Assembly: GCA_964016885.1 (NCBI GenBank)
Contig: OZ024744.1
Location: forward strand, 108,438,001-108,502,000
Source of the DNA: Eledone cirrhosa
Taxonomy: Eukaryota
DNA: 64,000 nucleotides
Direction of reading: 5' to 3'
Made by a program: the position numbers and the translations under genes. Positions 40,840 to 55,189 of this stretch are shown here, piece by piece (within the stretch, counting starts at the first letter, position 1; each line of letters opens with the position of its first letter). Below the pieces are notes generated by a model. That model worked only from the letters and a program-made list of their open reading frames with translations. It had not been told where the DNA came from and did no database searches.

Positions 40840-41554
40840 TTTTTATATATATTTGTATGTGTATTTGGTGTATACATTCGTATGCGTGCGGGTACAGGCG
40901 TTGCGTGGGTTCCGTATGTGCGTGCGGGGTTTTTTTTTTTGGGGGGGGGGGGGGTTATGTACGTGCGTGTATTGGTATACCTATGGCGGGTGTTTTCGCG
41001 TATGCTTGTGTATGTACGTATTTGGATGCGTGTATGTATTTATTTAATTTCAATTACCTCTGTGTTTTATTTACTTTATTCTTAACCTTGAAGCCGAGAA
41101 TCATTTGGTTTCCTAGTTAGAATTTTAGTCTACGACTTCTGCTATACCATTTACGTGGTTTTGTCTTTGCTTGTAATTGTTCTCCCCGCTCCACATAGGA
41201 CGTATTATCTTCGTTTTTTCCGTTCATTGCCAGAGAACGTCTCTATGAACCACCTAATAGAATATTAGTCTACGACTTCTTTTATACCATAAACGTGGTT
41301 CTGTCTTTGCGTGTAATTGTTTTTCACCGCTCCAAATAATGACGTATTATATTCGTTTTTTCCCGTTCTTTGCCAGGGAACGTTTCCACGAACCAAAGTA
41401 TCGTCTTCCTGTCTTCCTCCGGTTGCAACGTTTTTGAAATATTTACTTCTGCGTTCACAGATTGACTTTGTTAGTTTCAGAAGATCCCGTTAAGGGTGAA
41501 AGCAGCGATTCTTTGCTTAAACTATAATCTGTTATTTTAATAAATATATATATA

Positions 41555-42620
41555 CTAGCAGAGGTACCCGGCGTTGCTCGGATATTAAATAGCAATTGTG
41601 TATAACATTTATGTCAATACTTCAGTGCTGCTTCGAAAACTATACTTTTACAAAATCATCGTCTTTTTCCAAAAGGGGGTTCCTGCCCCCAGGGGTCCCC
41701 TACCCAATATGTGCCAATTCTGAGAGTTCACATTCAGCTGTAGGACAAACGTAGCCCATGTGTCAAGTTTTGTGAAAATCGGTTGCGAACTCCAGAAGTT
41801 ATGACTTTTTGTTACATCGCACTGCAGTGCTTCAGTCGACTCCAAGGAAGTGGTTAAAGGGGTTATCTGCCGGGGGGCCCTATAATCAATATCTGGAAAA
41901 ATGACAGTGCCCATGACCATCCGGAGTACATAAGTAACCTAGGTCTTAAGTTTGGTAAATACTGTAGAAATGCATAAGGTTTATACATACGCGCGTGCGT
42001 TCGTGTGTGTGCATGTGTGGAGGGGGGGGGGTATGTATTTGTATGTGCGTATGTATGTGTATGTCCGTCGGGGCATACGTATATACTGGCCTAAATCTTC
42101 ACTATTTACGTTTACTATTTTAATAACCTCTGTCATTTTCGTTTTCAATTTCATTTACATCATTCTTAAACTCCGGGGCTAGAAATCATTCTGTTATTTT
42201 AAATAGAATATTAGTCTAACGACTCCATTTATACCATAAACTTGGTCTTGTCTTTGCATGAAATTGTTGTTCACGTTCCACATAACGACGTATTATCCTC
42301 GCTTTTTTCCCGTTCATTGCCAGGCAACGTCTTCACGAACCAAAATATCGTCCTCCTGTTTTCGTTCGGTTGCAACGTTTGTCGAAATAATTACTTCTGC
42401 GTTCACAGATTACTCTCAGTTCAATTTGAATGGGAAACTCCTGTTTCATCGATTTTCTCCGTAACCATGGAAGCTTGTAGCTTGAAAGTCGACCCAACGC
42501 CTCCTCGGGTCATTCTGCATAACTGTGTAAATTTTCGCTGCATTCCACCAAGCCGTTTCGACGTTTATTCGAATACACCTACGTATACAACATCCGACCA
42601 CTTCCAATTTATATAGTAGA
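41555..42620 (-). mobile_element. Non-autonomous Helitron
   Basis: Minus strand reads A|TCTACTATATAAA...ccgagcaacgccggg hairpin-tacctctg-CTAG|T, the canonical TC...hairpin-CTRR termini in an AT site. Confidence 0.7.
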
Positions 42621-42696
42621 TTTGTTTATACATGAATTGTTTCTACTAAACCTTCAATTTAAGACACAACCTACATATTTGATAGGACTCCAGCTC

Positions 42697-42697
<1 letters not shown>

Positions 42698-42727
<30 letters not shown>

Positions 42728-42808
42728 CTTCTTCTTCTTCTTCTTCTTCTTCTTCTTCTTCTTCTTCTTCTTCTCCTTCTCCTTCTTCTTCTTCTTCTTC
42801 TTCTTCTT
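42698..42808. repeat. (TTC)n microsatellite
   Basis: Direct. Confidence 0.95.
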
Positions 42809-43419
42809 TTGCTCCCCCTGGAACATTGGGCTGCGAGCCACCCCCACACAACGCCATGTTCTGAGTCTGCATTTCAACTCCACCGTGATGCACGGTGCAT
42901 CATGGTGTATCTAACCATTTTTTTTAGGTCTTACTACGGCTGATTTCTTCTAGAGAGAAAGAAAGAGATGGAAAAATGCAGAGAAAATTCATCCCCGGAG
43001 GAATAATAAAAATTTTTTACACTGTACATTTCATTTTTTCAAAGCTAAAGCTGCCGATCCAAAATCGGTAATTCAACTCCCTGAAAACTTTCAAATATAT
43101 GCTGTTCTAGCATGAATATTATGCTAAGGATAAAGCTGTCACACAAAGTAAGATTTACTTGCATATCCCCGCTCATATAAACACATAAATACATGCATAC
43201 ATAAGTATTAGAACAGGGGGAAATAACTGACCGAACGCGATAGTTTTGGGGTCCCAGGGACCACATTTTTCAAGTTAGAGATTAGAAACCTCGTCTATTT
43301 GCTTCCTTGGCACTTTTTACATAGGTGTGTAAATTTCCATGTCAGTCCGACCACGTCTACTACCATTTAACCGTGCACATCTGAATTTCAACCACGGCCC
43401 ATTTCACAAATATATATAT

Positions 43420-43686
<267 letters not shown>

Positions 43687-43889
43687 TATATATATATATA
43701 TATATATATATTTAAACAAATAGTAGAAAGAAAAAGGATTTTTTCAGTAGAAAATGTTGAAGAGATTTTTTTCAGTGAAATATCAAAACATTAATTTATT
43801 TACAATACCGGTTTCATCATTAAATGCATTGTCAATTGCGGATATGCAGAATATTGTTAAATTGCATATTTGTACAAATAGTCATAATA

Positions 43890-43982
43890 ATATTGTTTCT
43901 ACTTTTGGCACAAGGCCAGCAATTATCCCAGTACATTACTGGTACTTTATTTTATCGACCCCGTAAGGATGAAAGGCAAAGT
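43890..43982 (-). mobile_element. SINE family 1, 3' fragment
   Basis: Homology to full copies. Confidence 0.8.
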
Positions 43983-44132
43983 ATAATAATATTAATGAAG
44001 AAAATGAAAGTAAAAAGGCGAAGAAAAATTAATTTTCTCATACATGTTCATTCAGAGAAGCGAGTTCATTTGCCTGTCCATGCTAGGCAACTTCTAGCTT
44101 GGTTCCTATTTATTTTCATTTTCTTCATTAAC

Positions 44133-44636
44133 CTCTGAAGACCTTCTGCTTTCCAGCTCTCTCCAGAGTTTCTTCTCTGAAGACCTTCTGCTGCCCTCCT
44201 CTCCTCTGATTTTCATGTCTGAAGACCTTCTGCTGCCCAGCTCACCTGAGAGTTTCTTACCTGAAGACCTTCTGCTGTCCAGCTCTCCTCTAGAGTTTCT
44301 TCTCTGAAGACCTTCTCCTGTCCAGCTCTCCTGACAGTTTCTTGCCTCTGAAGACCTTCTGCTGCCCAGCTCACCTGAGAGTTTCTTCTCTAAAGACCTT
44401 CTGCTGCCCAGCTCTCCTGAGAGTTTCTTACCTGAAGACCTTCTCCTGTCCAGCTCTCCTGACAGTTTCTTGCCTCTGAAGACCTTCTGCTGCCCAGCTC
44501 ACCTGAGAGTTTCTTCTCTAAAGACCTTCTGCTGCCCAGCTCTCCTGAGAGTTTCTTACCTGAAGACCTTCTGTTGTCCAACTCTCCCCAGAGATTCTTC
44601 TCTGAAGATCTTTTGCTCTCCACCTCTGCTGAGCTC
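44133..44636 (-). repeat. Second array of the 42-bp satellite, inverted relative to 38418-40596
   Basis: gaagaccttctgctgcccagctctcctgagagtttcttacct units. Confidence 0.92.
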
Positions 44637-44899
44637 CGATATGTTTATTGAATTAAGTTGTTTAAATTTGTATTCAATTGTAATTTTTTGTTGGAAAGGG
44701 TCATAAGACATCCGTCTTTGTCCTGGGAAAGTACGACACCATAATATTTGGGCCCTGGGCCCAAATATTTGAACTTTATTTTGTTTTTACAAATAATAAT
44801 TTGTTTAAGAATATGGACGGTATACACTCCCTCTCGTTAAGCCAGCTGCTGTCACGTGATAGAGCTCAAACGTTGAGATGACTAACGCCGCCCCTCCTA

Positions 44900-47585
44900 C
44901 AACAATTTTGAACACTAACACCACATTAGGCAGTAATCGCCAACACCAGCACCGACAACACTGAGAACACTAATATGAACAAAAAATGACAACGCCATCA
45001 CCATCACCAACAACAACAACAACGACAACCACACTAACAACAACGGCAATAATGACAACAACACCATCAACAACAGCAACAACGAAAACAAGAGCAATAA
45101 CAAGAACACCAACAACAACGAAAAGAAAAAAATAGGAGGGCGATAGAACCAAGGTAACCGCCTGCAACAGCAGCAGCAACAACAGCAGCAACAACAGCAG
45201 CAACAACAGCAACAACAGCAACGTGACAGCAACTCGTTCGCGGCTGCGGCTCTAAGGAGCAAAACTCTTTTTCAGGTGGACATTTCGGACAAGGAGCAGC
45301 TTTGGCCCTGGAGGCTGATTAAGCGAGAACAATCCTGAGCCAACCCTACCATCCCGGACGAAGCAATAGCAGCAACGCAAAGGAGGGCTTTGTATTATCG
45401 ATGTATTTCGGTTCAGATTCGTAAAGCGGAACTTGCCACCCAGACAGAAGTCGAAGCTGCACTGAAATGCGTGAAAAAATGACACAGAATACAAAGCAAG
45501 GTCAAACAGTTTTGGCACCATCCCGGTACTGTTCAAAACCGAGGTCCTTGCTTTCAAGCATTCGGTGGCCCCCTGTAGAACGGATCGCATATGGTGTACC
45601 CATCCCTATGGGCAAAAGAATTGTCAAAGGCCGCATTCCCAGAACACGCTAGGACTGAACCTATGGTGGCTCCTGGGATGCGTGATCGAGGAGGGTACCG
45701 AAAGAGAGGACTGGTCCGGAATAGATTTGGAGTTTCTTCTCCAAATCAAACCTGTAAAACTAAACAACATCCCGGACCATGTGCGCCTTCAGGACGGGTC
45801 GACGATTCAATTGATGACAAAGGGCAGAAGGCCTTCTGCCCTCACCTAAAAATGCAAGGGGACCGTAAACCTCCTTTGCTGCCAACGCCAGTGCCGGGAC
45901 GGGAAGTTCCACCAACACTGACACCGGTAGCAACACCAATTGAACCACCACCACCACCACCACCACCGCCACCACCATCAAAATCAGCCAGGGGGAAAAC
46001 GAGGAAAGCTCTCCCACCCCACCCCACCCCCTTTGTCTTCCAGGAGTGAAGACGAAGCAAGGCCCAAATCCATAAAACAAAAGTAAAAGACACACAACAG
46101 AAACTCCACCCACACAACAAACATTTCACGTACCCGAGGATCTATCGATGGTACGCATGTCACTCGGTGTCTACATAGAGATCAGGAAGAGTTTTCCTCC
46201 GGACGGGGGAATCCCGAATGTGAAACACACGTCATGACTGTTAAAGGGTTTTCCAAAGGAAACTCCACCAAACATGGAGGTCGAACCACCCGACCTCCAC
46301 AAGATCTCGGGAGGTAAGTAAACCTTTCCTCTCTCTCTTTAGCCTGCCAACATGGCGATCCTACGAGTAGGATGTAAACATGTTCTGGCCTGGGGGTCGT
46401 CCTGGAAGCAGGGTCGCCTGGTCAACAGCAGGTCGCTAGACATGAATGTAATTGCCGTCAGCGAGACCAGTATTTCCGACACGCGCGCACTAGCCCCTAT
46501 TTCGACGACTATCAGATCTTCGTATCTTTTAGTCCGCCGGGAATGGGAGGTGGGATGGCAGTGCTGTTTAGGAAAGGCCTGGATCCCAAAGTAAGGCTGA
46601 TCTGGAAGCCTTTCTGGGAACGTCTCACTCTTTACTGTTAGTAGGGGACAGGAACGGAATCTTTGAAACACGCCGAGACTGTGTGGGAGTAGCTAATAGG
46701 AGCGGGGTTCAAAAGCGTCAAGTACCTAATCAGCCAGTTCCAATCTGACAGGTACCGACGAGATTTCCCTAATGCGCCAGTGTGGACCTGGATCAGCCGC
46801 ATAGAGTCATCTAGATTGTATATAGGTAGGATTCTCATTAGGACAACACAGGAATGGTGTAGGCTGTCCACAATTTAAAACGGTAGCTAAATTAGACGAG
46901 ACTATTTGTAGTGGCAATGCAACTGACTCTCGCTAGCGGCGAGAATGGCATTAGACCATTTCTTTAATGTGAAATACGAAGGTTGCATTGTTAGAGCTAA
47001 GGCGCGTGCTCTAAGAAACGAGGGAACCAAAGCTGTTCGATGGATCCTCGTGAGAGAGGGGCAGCGTGGTAATAAAACCACAATTCTGTCTTTGACGGAC
47101 CGAGGCGGACGTGAGCTGAACGATTCCAGGCAGATGTGTGAGGCCTTTCGCCAGCTGTTCGGATGTTGGGGGGAAAGTGGCGGATCGGAGACGGTGGTGG
47201 ACTTCAGCTTACCGCGTCTCACGAAAGCCGAGGCTGAACGCTGCAATAGGCCGATAACTTCGGCTGAAAAATTCAGGATGCCCTTGTCGGCTGCACGAGG
47301 CGTAATTCACCCGGTTTGGATGGCCCGCCCTACGAGCCTTACTTAAATATGCCAGACTTGTTCTCAGATCTCTTCGAAGCGTTCTACTGCAACTGGCAGC
47401 AGAATGAGAGAATTCCCAGTTCTGTGAGCCGGAAGTAGTGGCGCTGATGAGGAAAGACGAGAACAAGAGAGACACATTAGACAACTTCAGGCCCATAACT
47501 CTGCTAAACACAGAGTTTAAGATTTTGGCCAAGGTATTATCAAAGCAGTTGGAACTTGTGGCCGAGGATTTGTTTGGAGAGGTGC
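44900..47585 (+). pseudogene. Degenerate Tx1/L1-clade LINE (ORF1 remnants plus APE-RT 5' part)
   Basis: PSLWAK / NNIPDHVRLQDGSTIQLMTKGRRP (ORF1-like); SSWKQGRL...IAVSETSISD; FFNVKYEGCIVRAK; NFRPITLLNTEFKILAK. Confidence 0.8.
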
Positions 47586-47639
47586 GATCATTGACATCTG
47601 GAGGTTGTCCTTAAGGCAGCTGGCTTCTCGGTTAAAGGA

Positions 47640-48072
47640 AAAATGTGAGTTGATCTTCAGAATGGACTCACTTTGATAGCCGGATCCGTCCTACACGTGA
47701 CAGCAGGTCTTCGACATAAACCCACAAGTCAGCATTGCTCGTACACTAGATGAGTGCGTGTAGGACGCCCTACGCATTTCTGACAGGCCTGGTTGACGGC
47801 ATTTCCATGCCTGTAGAGTTTCTCTCGAACTGGCAAAGCTTCCCTGTAGCCCTGCCAGGCGATTGATTTCTGGAAGTTATCCATTGGCCTTGGACGAAAA
47901 ACCCTTCCGAAAAGAGTGGCTAATTGATTTTCGTCGATGTCTAGATTTTCCACAAGAACATTGTCGCTTTCATCCGCCACTAACCCTCAATAGAACACCA
48001 AGGTGGTGTTTCCACTGATCATACTGTCCGATTGGCGAAGGGTTGTGAGCACTTGAAGACATTCCAGTTTCC
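47640..48072 (-). pseudogene. Tx1 ORF2 C-terminal fragment in opposite orientation
   Basis: DENQLATLFGR...MDNFQKSIAWQGYREALPVREKLYRHG. Confidence 0.8.
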
Positions 48073-48397
48073 TAGTTAAACATAATTAAATAATCCAATT
48101 TAAATAAATGTAATAATTCATTTCACGCCGAAGATATCGCATCGAAATCTCCGACAGACATCAAGCCCCAACCAAAGAATGTTTGTTCCGTATATTGATA
48201 TCAAATGGAAGACCAATAGATATCATTCGGCGAAGTGACTTTAAACTCGAAACTCGATATATTAACGCTTTATAAAGTCACTTTCTTTGATGGGAAAGAT
48301 TAGAAGTAGTGATGTCATAATTACATAGAGTGGTAACTTTCAGACCATTTGATGATTAAGTTTGTATTTGTCATCTATTTCGTTGAGCTTTTATATT

Positions 48398-48531
48398 GAA
48401 GTAGCGAGATTTTCAATGCATCTTCAGGTGACTTTTATATCTCGAGAAAGCACCGGAATCTTTTGCTACGTTGGTGTCTCTGTGTGTGTGTGTGTGTCTG
48501 TATAAGTGTATCTGTGTGTGTGTGTATGTCA

Positions 48532-48603
<72 letters not shown>

Positions 48604-48676
48604 GTAGCGAGATTTTCAATGCATCTTCAGGTGACTTTTATATCTCGAGAAAGCACCGGAATCTTTTGCTACGTTG
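48398..48676 (+). repeat. About 75-bp direct repeat flanking a (GT)n tract
   Basis: aagtagcgagattttc...ttttgctacgttgg at about 48399-48473 and 48602-48676. Confidence 0.85.
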
Positions 48677-48769
48677 GAAGAAACGATATTTAAACTAAAG
48701 ACTGCTAGAACCGGATGATTTTTTAATTTTTTTTTTATATTGCAGGGGGGGGGGGGGGCGAGCATGCTT

Positions 48770-48997
48770 GCGTACGTGTGAGTGTGTTTGTGTGTGTATG
48801 TCTGTGTGTGTGTGCGTATGTGTATGTGTGTGAGTGTGTGTGTGTGTGTGTGTGTGTCTGTGTGTGTGTGTGTATGTCAGTGTGTGTGTGTGTGTATGCG
48901 TGTGAGTGTGTGTGAGTGTGTGTGTGTGTGTCTGTGTGTGTCTGTATGTGTGTGTGTGTGTGTGTCTGTATAAGTGTGTCTGTGTGTGTGTGTATGT

Positions 48998-49033
<36 letters not shown>

Positions 49034-49961
49034 GTGTGTGTCTGTGTGTGTGTCTGTATATGTATGTGTCTGTGTGCGTGTCTGTGTATGTCTGTGTCTG
49101 TATGTGTGTCTGCATATGTATGTCTCTGTGTGTGTGTGTGCGTGTGCATGCGTGTGTATGTGTGTGCCTGTGTCTCTGTGTGTGTGCGTTTGTGAGTGTG
49201 TGTGTGTGTGTGTGTGTCTGAGTGTGAGTGTATATATGTGTGTGTGTCTGTGTGTCTGTGTGTGTGTGTGTGTATGTGTGTGTGTATGTGTGTATGTGTG
49301 TGTGGGGGGGTCTGTGTGTGGTTATGTGTGTATATCTGTGTGTCTGTGTGTCTGTGTGTGCCTGTGTGTGTGTCTGTGTGTGTATCTGTGTGACTCTGTG
49401 TGTGTGTCTGTGTGTGTATCTGGGTGTCTGTGTGTGTGTATGTGTGTGTCTGTCTGTGTGAGTATCTGTGTGTCTGTGTGTGTGCGTGTGTGTGTGTATC
49501 TGTGTGTCTCTCTCTGTGTCTCTGTGTATGTGTGTGTCTCTGTGTGTGTATGTGTATCTGTGTGTCTCTGTGTGTGTGTTTCTGTGTATGTGCGTGTCTC
49601 TCTGTGTGTATGTGTATCTGTGTGTCTCTGTGTGTGTGTCTGTGTGTATGTGTGTCTCTGTGTGTATGTGTGTCTCTGTTTGTGTCTGTGTGTGTGTCTG
49701 TGTGTATGTGTGTGTGCGTGCGTGTGTGTGTGTGTCTCTGCGTCTCTGTGTATGTGCGTGTCTCTGTGTGTGTATGTGTATCTGTGTGTCTGTGTGTGTG
49801 TATCTGTGTGTCTGTGTGTGTATCTGTGTGTGTTTGTGTGTGCTTGTGTGTGTGTCTGTGTGTGTGTGTGTGTGTCTGTGTGTGTGTCTGTGTGTGTGTG
49901 TGTGTATCTGTCTGTGTTTGTGTCTGTGTCTGTGTGTGTGCGTGTGCGTGTGTGTGTGTCT

Positions 49962-49992
<31 letters not shown>

Positions 49993-50909
49993 CGTGGGCG
50001 TGTGTGCTAGTGGTCATATGCCTACGTTGTCTATCACCCTCTAATGAAGGGGAAACCGCCATTGTTGATTAAGAATCTTTTACATGAGGGATACTACAAC
50101 ATTTTCTCCTTCTCGTTATTAATTAATTGCCCTATTAATTAGGTAGCTTATTCATAAAGAGGAGCGTTCCTCTGAGGTTTCCATAGGAAGGATATTTCAC
50201 TGATTTAGTTTTAAACTGATAGCCAGGAAATTAACAATCGAAATATCGATATTGACTTTGATTCCCACTAAATTCTATAAACCTGTGTATGAGTGTGTGT
50301 GTGTATGTATGTGTGTGTGTATGTGTATGTGTTTATGTGTGTGTCTGTGTTTATGTGTGTGTCTGTGTTTATGTGTGTGTATGTATGTGTGTGTATGTGT
50401 TTATGTGTGTGTATGTATTTATGTGTGTGTATGTGTGTGTGTGTTTATGTGTGTGTGTGTGTGTGCATGTGTGTGTATGTATGTGTGTGTATGTGTTTGT
50501 GTGTGTATGCGTTTATGTGTGTGCATGTGTTTATGTGTGTGTATGTGTGTATGTGTTAATGTGTGTGTATGTGTGTATGTGTGTATGTGTGTATGTGTGT
50601 ATGTGTGTATGTGTGTATGTGTTTACGTGTGTGTTTATGTGTTTATATGTGTGTGTATGTGTTTGTATGTGTGTATGTGTGTATGTGTGTATGTGTGTAT
50701 GTGTTTATGTGTGTATGTGTGTATGTGTGTATGTGTGTATGTGTGTATGTGTGTATGTGTTTATGTGTGTATGTGTGTATGTGTGTATGTGTGTATGTGT
50801 GTATGCGTGCCTTTTATACATGAGTGCTACTTTAAATATGTGCATATTTATATATCAATATGTATTGACAGAAAGTACACACACACAAACACACACACAC
50901 ACACACACC

Positions 50910-50955
<46 letters not shown>

Positions 50956-51113
50956 CACACACACACGCGCACAGACACAAAACACACACGTACACACCCT
51001 CACAACACACACATACACACACTCACAACAAACACACACAAACACACACACAACACACACAAACACACACACAACACACATACACACACATATATATGTA
51101 TAGATAGATAGAT

Positions 51114-51166
<53 letters not shown>

Positions 51167-51206
51167 AAGAGAGATAGATAGAGAGAGATAGAGAGAGAGA
51201 GAGAGA

Positions 51207-51250
<44 letters not shown>
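48770..51250. repeat. Large degenerate (GT)n / (CA)n / (GA)n microsatellite block
   Basis: Direct; Cys/Val and His/Thr ORFs are artefacts. Confidence 0.95.
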
Positions 51251-51394
51251 CAGTCAGTTCATACATGGTAATATATCTTAGTAATGAGAGAGGAATGAAT
51301 GAAAGATTTTACCGGAAATGAGCTCGTCCCTCTTTTGGCATGCGCATGAATATATTCGTGTGTGTGGGTGTGGGTGGCTATCCATGTATATATA

Positions 51395-51479
<85 letters not shown>

Positions 51480-51487
<8 letters not shown>

Positions 51488-54320
51488 AAAGTGGGCAGAT
51501 AAGATAATAGACGTAAATAGAGTGAACGACAGAATAATTAAAATAAGACTTGTCCTCAATAGAACTATGGTGACAGTAATATCTGCGTACGCACCCCAAT
51601 CCGGACTGCCCGGCACTATAAAAGACAGATTCTATGAGACACTGTTGCTAACTACCTCCCAAATATCTGACAGTGACTATATAATTATTGCAGGCGACCT
51701 AAATGGTCACGTTGGACAACATTGTGACGGCTACGACGAAATCCATGGAGGCTATGGGTTTGGTACTAGGAATGAGGAAGGCTCCAGAATCCTGGAATAC
51801 TGTGATGCAAATAACCTAACTATCTGTAACACTAACTTCAAAAAACGTGACAATCACCTGATCACCTATAGATCCGGGGAACACACAAGCCAGGTAGATT
51901 ATATCCTTACCAGAAGACGTGACAGAGTGTCTGTTGTAAACACTAAATCCCTCCCCCATGAAGAATGCACCTCCCAACATAGACTGATAATTAGCGACCT
52001 CATAGTCAGGACGAGACGTACTCGACAGCAGAAGAGGACTATCCTCAGGAGGAAAATATGGAAACTAAAGGACCCCACAGCCAGAAATAAATTTCAAAGC
52101 ATATTACTTGATGCTTTCGACAGTAAGGAAGAGCATCTAGAATCGGACAATATAGAGGGACAGTGGGAATTTCTGAAAGCAAACCTGCTGTTGGCGACAG
52201 ACGAAGTCTGTGGCTGGAGCAGGCCTGTAGGCAGGAGGAGAGTAACATGGTGGTGGAACAGTAGGGTGGAGGGGTCAATTAAGGCCAAAAAGCAGGCTTG
52301 GAAAGTATGGCGGGATGGGGGAAGTAGAGTAGACTATCAAGTGGCCAGGAGGGAAGCTAGGAGACAAGTGTACTTAGCAAGAAGGGAAGCTGAGGAAAGA
52401 AAGTTCAAGCATGTTCTACAACGCGATGACCAAAAACGTGAGGTGTTCAGGATTGCCAGGCAATGCGTCAAGGAAAACCGTGATATTGTCGGGGAGAAGT
52501 GTGTACTTAACGATGATGGCATACTTGCCATCACCGACACTGATAAGAAGGTAGCTTGGAAGTGTCACTATGAAAGGCTACTAAATGAGGAGAATAAATG
52601 GGAGAAAGACAGTCTCCCCCATATCGACCCGATAGAGGGACCAGCAGTGTTAGTCGAGGGGAGTATAATAAGTAAGGCAATCAAGGATATGAAGACTGGT
52701 AAGGCGGCTGGGCCTTCGGAAATAGTTGCTGAGATGCTGAAGGCATCTGGCACGGTGGGACACACCATGGTCACCCGCATAGTTAACCAAGTCGTACAGA
52801 ATGGGGTTGTTCCGAAGGACTGGCATAGCAGCATCATCGTTAACTGTTATAAGGGTAAAGGAGACGCCCTAGATAGGAGTAACTATAGAGGCATTAAATT
52901 AATCGACCAGGTCATGAAGGTCACGGAAAAAGTAATAGCGCAACTAATCAGAGAGAGAATTGATCTAGATGAAATGCAGTTCGGGTTTGTGTCAGGCAAA
53001 AGCACCACAGACGCTCTTTTCATAGTACGACAACTACAGGAGAAGTACCTAGCTAAAGGTAAACCCCTCTACTTAGCTTTTGTCGACCTGGAGAAAGCCT
53101 TCGACAGAGTCCCCCGCTCCATTATCTGGTGGGCTCTTAGAAAACTAGGCGTTGACGAATGGCTTGTGAGGGCTATACAAGCCATGTATAAAGAAACAGT
53201 CAGCAAGGTTAGAATTAACAACGAATATAGTGAAGAGTTTAGCGTAAAAGTTGGCGTCCATCAGGGCTCTGTTCTCAGCCCCCTACTATTTATTATTGCC
53301 CTTCAGGCTATAACAGAGGAGTTCAAGACAGGCTGCCCATGGGAACTCCTATACGCAGACGACCTGACACTCATAGCGGAATCAATGGCCGAGCTAGAGA
53401 AGAAATTCCAAACATGGAAGCACGGCCTAGAGTCAAAAGGACTTAAAATTAACCTGGCTAAGACCAAAGTTCTGGTTTGTAGGAAAGAAAACAAGGCGGC
53501 GGTCCCTTCTGGGAAATGGTCGTGCTCGGTATGTAGGAAAGGCGTAGGTAGAAACTCCATCTTATGTCCTAAATGCAAAGTATGGGTGCATAAAAGATGT
53601 AGTGGGATCACAGGTAAGCTAACTAAGAACATAGACTTTACATGTGGCCGGTGTTCTGGTGCAATAAGTAGCAGCAAGTGCCCACAAAATACTAGCTCTT
53701 TCAATTGCGCAGAGGGTTCTATAGAAATAGTGGACAGCTTCCGTTACCTGGGCGATAAAATCAGCAGTGGGGGAGGGTGCTCTGAAAGTACTGTAGCTAG
53801 AGTCAGAACTGGTTGGAAAAAGTTCAGAGAGCTTATACCACTATTAGCTGCTAAAGGGTTCTCCCTAAAAATGAAAGGCAGGTTGTACGATGCCTGCATA
53901 CGAACAGAAATGTTGCATGGTAGTGAGACCTGGGCATTGTGTGCAGAGGATATACGCAGACTAGAGAGGAACGAAGCTTGCATGCTCCGCTGGATGTGTA
54001 ACAGTAATATACGTGAACGGCAAAGCATAAACGAACTAAGGAAAAAATTAGAGATAAGAGGGATCAGATGTTGTTTACTCGAGAGAAGGCTGCGTTGGTA
54101 TGGACACGTGATGCGCATGAAAGTCGATAGCTGTATTACAAAGTGCAGGGCAATAAAGATAGACGGTAGCCACGGAATAGGCAGACCTAGAAAAACATGG
54201 GATGAGCTGATAAACTCCGACCTCACACACTTACACCTCTCCAAGACAATGTCACTGGACCGTGACCTTTGGCGGTACTCAGTAACAGAGAAGACCCGCC
54301 TTGCCAGTAGGCATCTCTAA
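51480..54320 (+). CDS. RTE ORF (partial APE, RT, PHD-like finger, RTE C-terminus), uninterrupted but lacking true N-terminus
   Basis: [24 protein letters not shown]; [21 protein letters not shown]; CSVC...[12 protein letters not shown]...CGRC; LRWYGHVMR...GRPRKTW. Upstream IYIY part of the track ORF is microsatellite. Confidence 0.9.
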
Positions 54321-54676
54321 CAAAATACACCCCGTCCCGCCACCACCCCCACCCCATCCACACCACCCCGTTCTATGTAAAGTTATGTTGGTGCCGCGCC
54401 ATCCAGGCCGAAACAAATGAGATCGTGTAGGTGTCACGACAAAAAAAACACACAGTCCACGCTGTAATGTGGCCGTGTAGGCAACACGGTAAAAACCTCC
54501 CAGACCCACACTGTAAATGTGGTTGGTGTTAGGAAGGGCATCCAACTGTAGAAAACCTGCCAGACAGTCCTATGCGAGCAAGACAATCACTCTTGCCTCA
54601 AGTGGGACTACCCCCGTCCAAACCCATGCAAGCGTGGAACACGGACGTTAAACGTTGATGATGATGATGATGATGA

Positions 54677-54680
<4 letters not shown>
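51481..54680 (+). mobile_element. RTE-clade LINE, 5'-truncated inside APE, (GAT)n tail, inserted in (TA)n
   Basis: ORF below; 3'UTR ...acggacgttaaacgtt(gat)n; (TA)n on both sides. Confidence 0.92.
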
Positions 54681-54735
<55 letters not shown>

Positions 54736-55189
54736 TATATGCATGAGGTCATTCCAATTTTGCAAACAATTCACCAAATCATCTCATGTCGATTACACTC
54801 GTATTTGAATTGATAAAATAACGAAGTATATCGAATTACAGATCAATCGAATCATATTTACTCGTTGCACACTTTCACATCCTTTTTATTTATGACTATT
54901 TTTTTTTTTTTTGGAGCTGACCTGTGGTGAGTTGTCTTTCCTGTTCACTTAACTGAATCCAATGAGGAAACCACACGACAGAGGGAAATGAAACGAAAAA
55001 TAAGCCGGAGGAATACGCTTTAAATACACAATAATATTGGGCTAAAGAGTGAAACACTTTTTTATTAAGCAGACAAATGAAATGAAAATAAATAGAAGAA
55101 AAGACATTCTAAATACACAATAATTTGGAGGTTAAAGAAATAAACACTTTTTATGAATAAAATTTATAACCGGAAATAAATTTGTCTAG

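Noticed and set aside
48399-48473. Minus-strand CTGAAGA-tgcatt-GAAA in the 75-bp direct repeat
   Set aside because: No viable stems I, II or III
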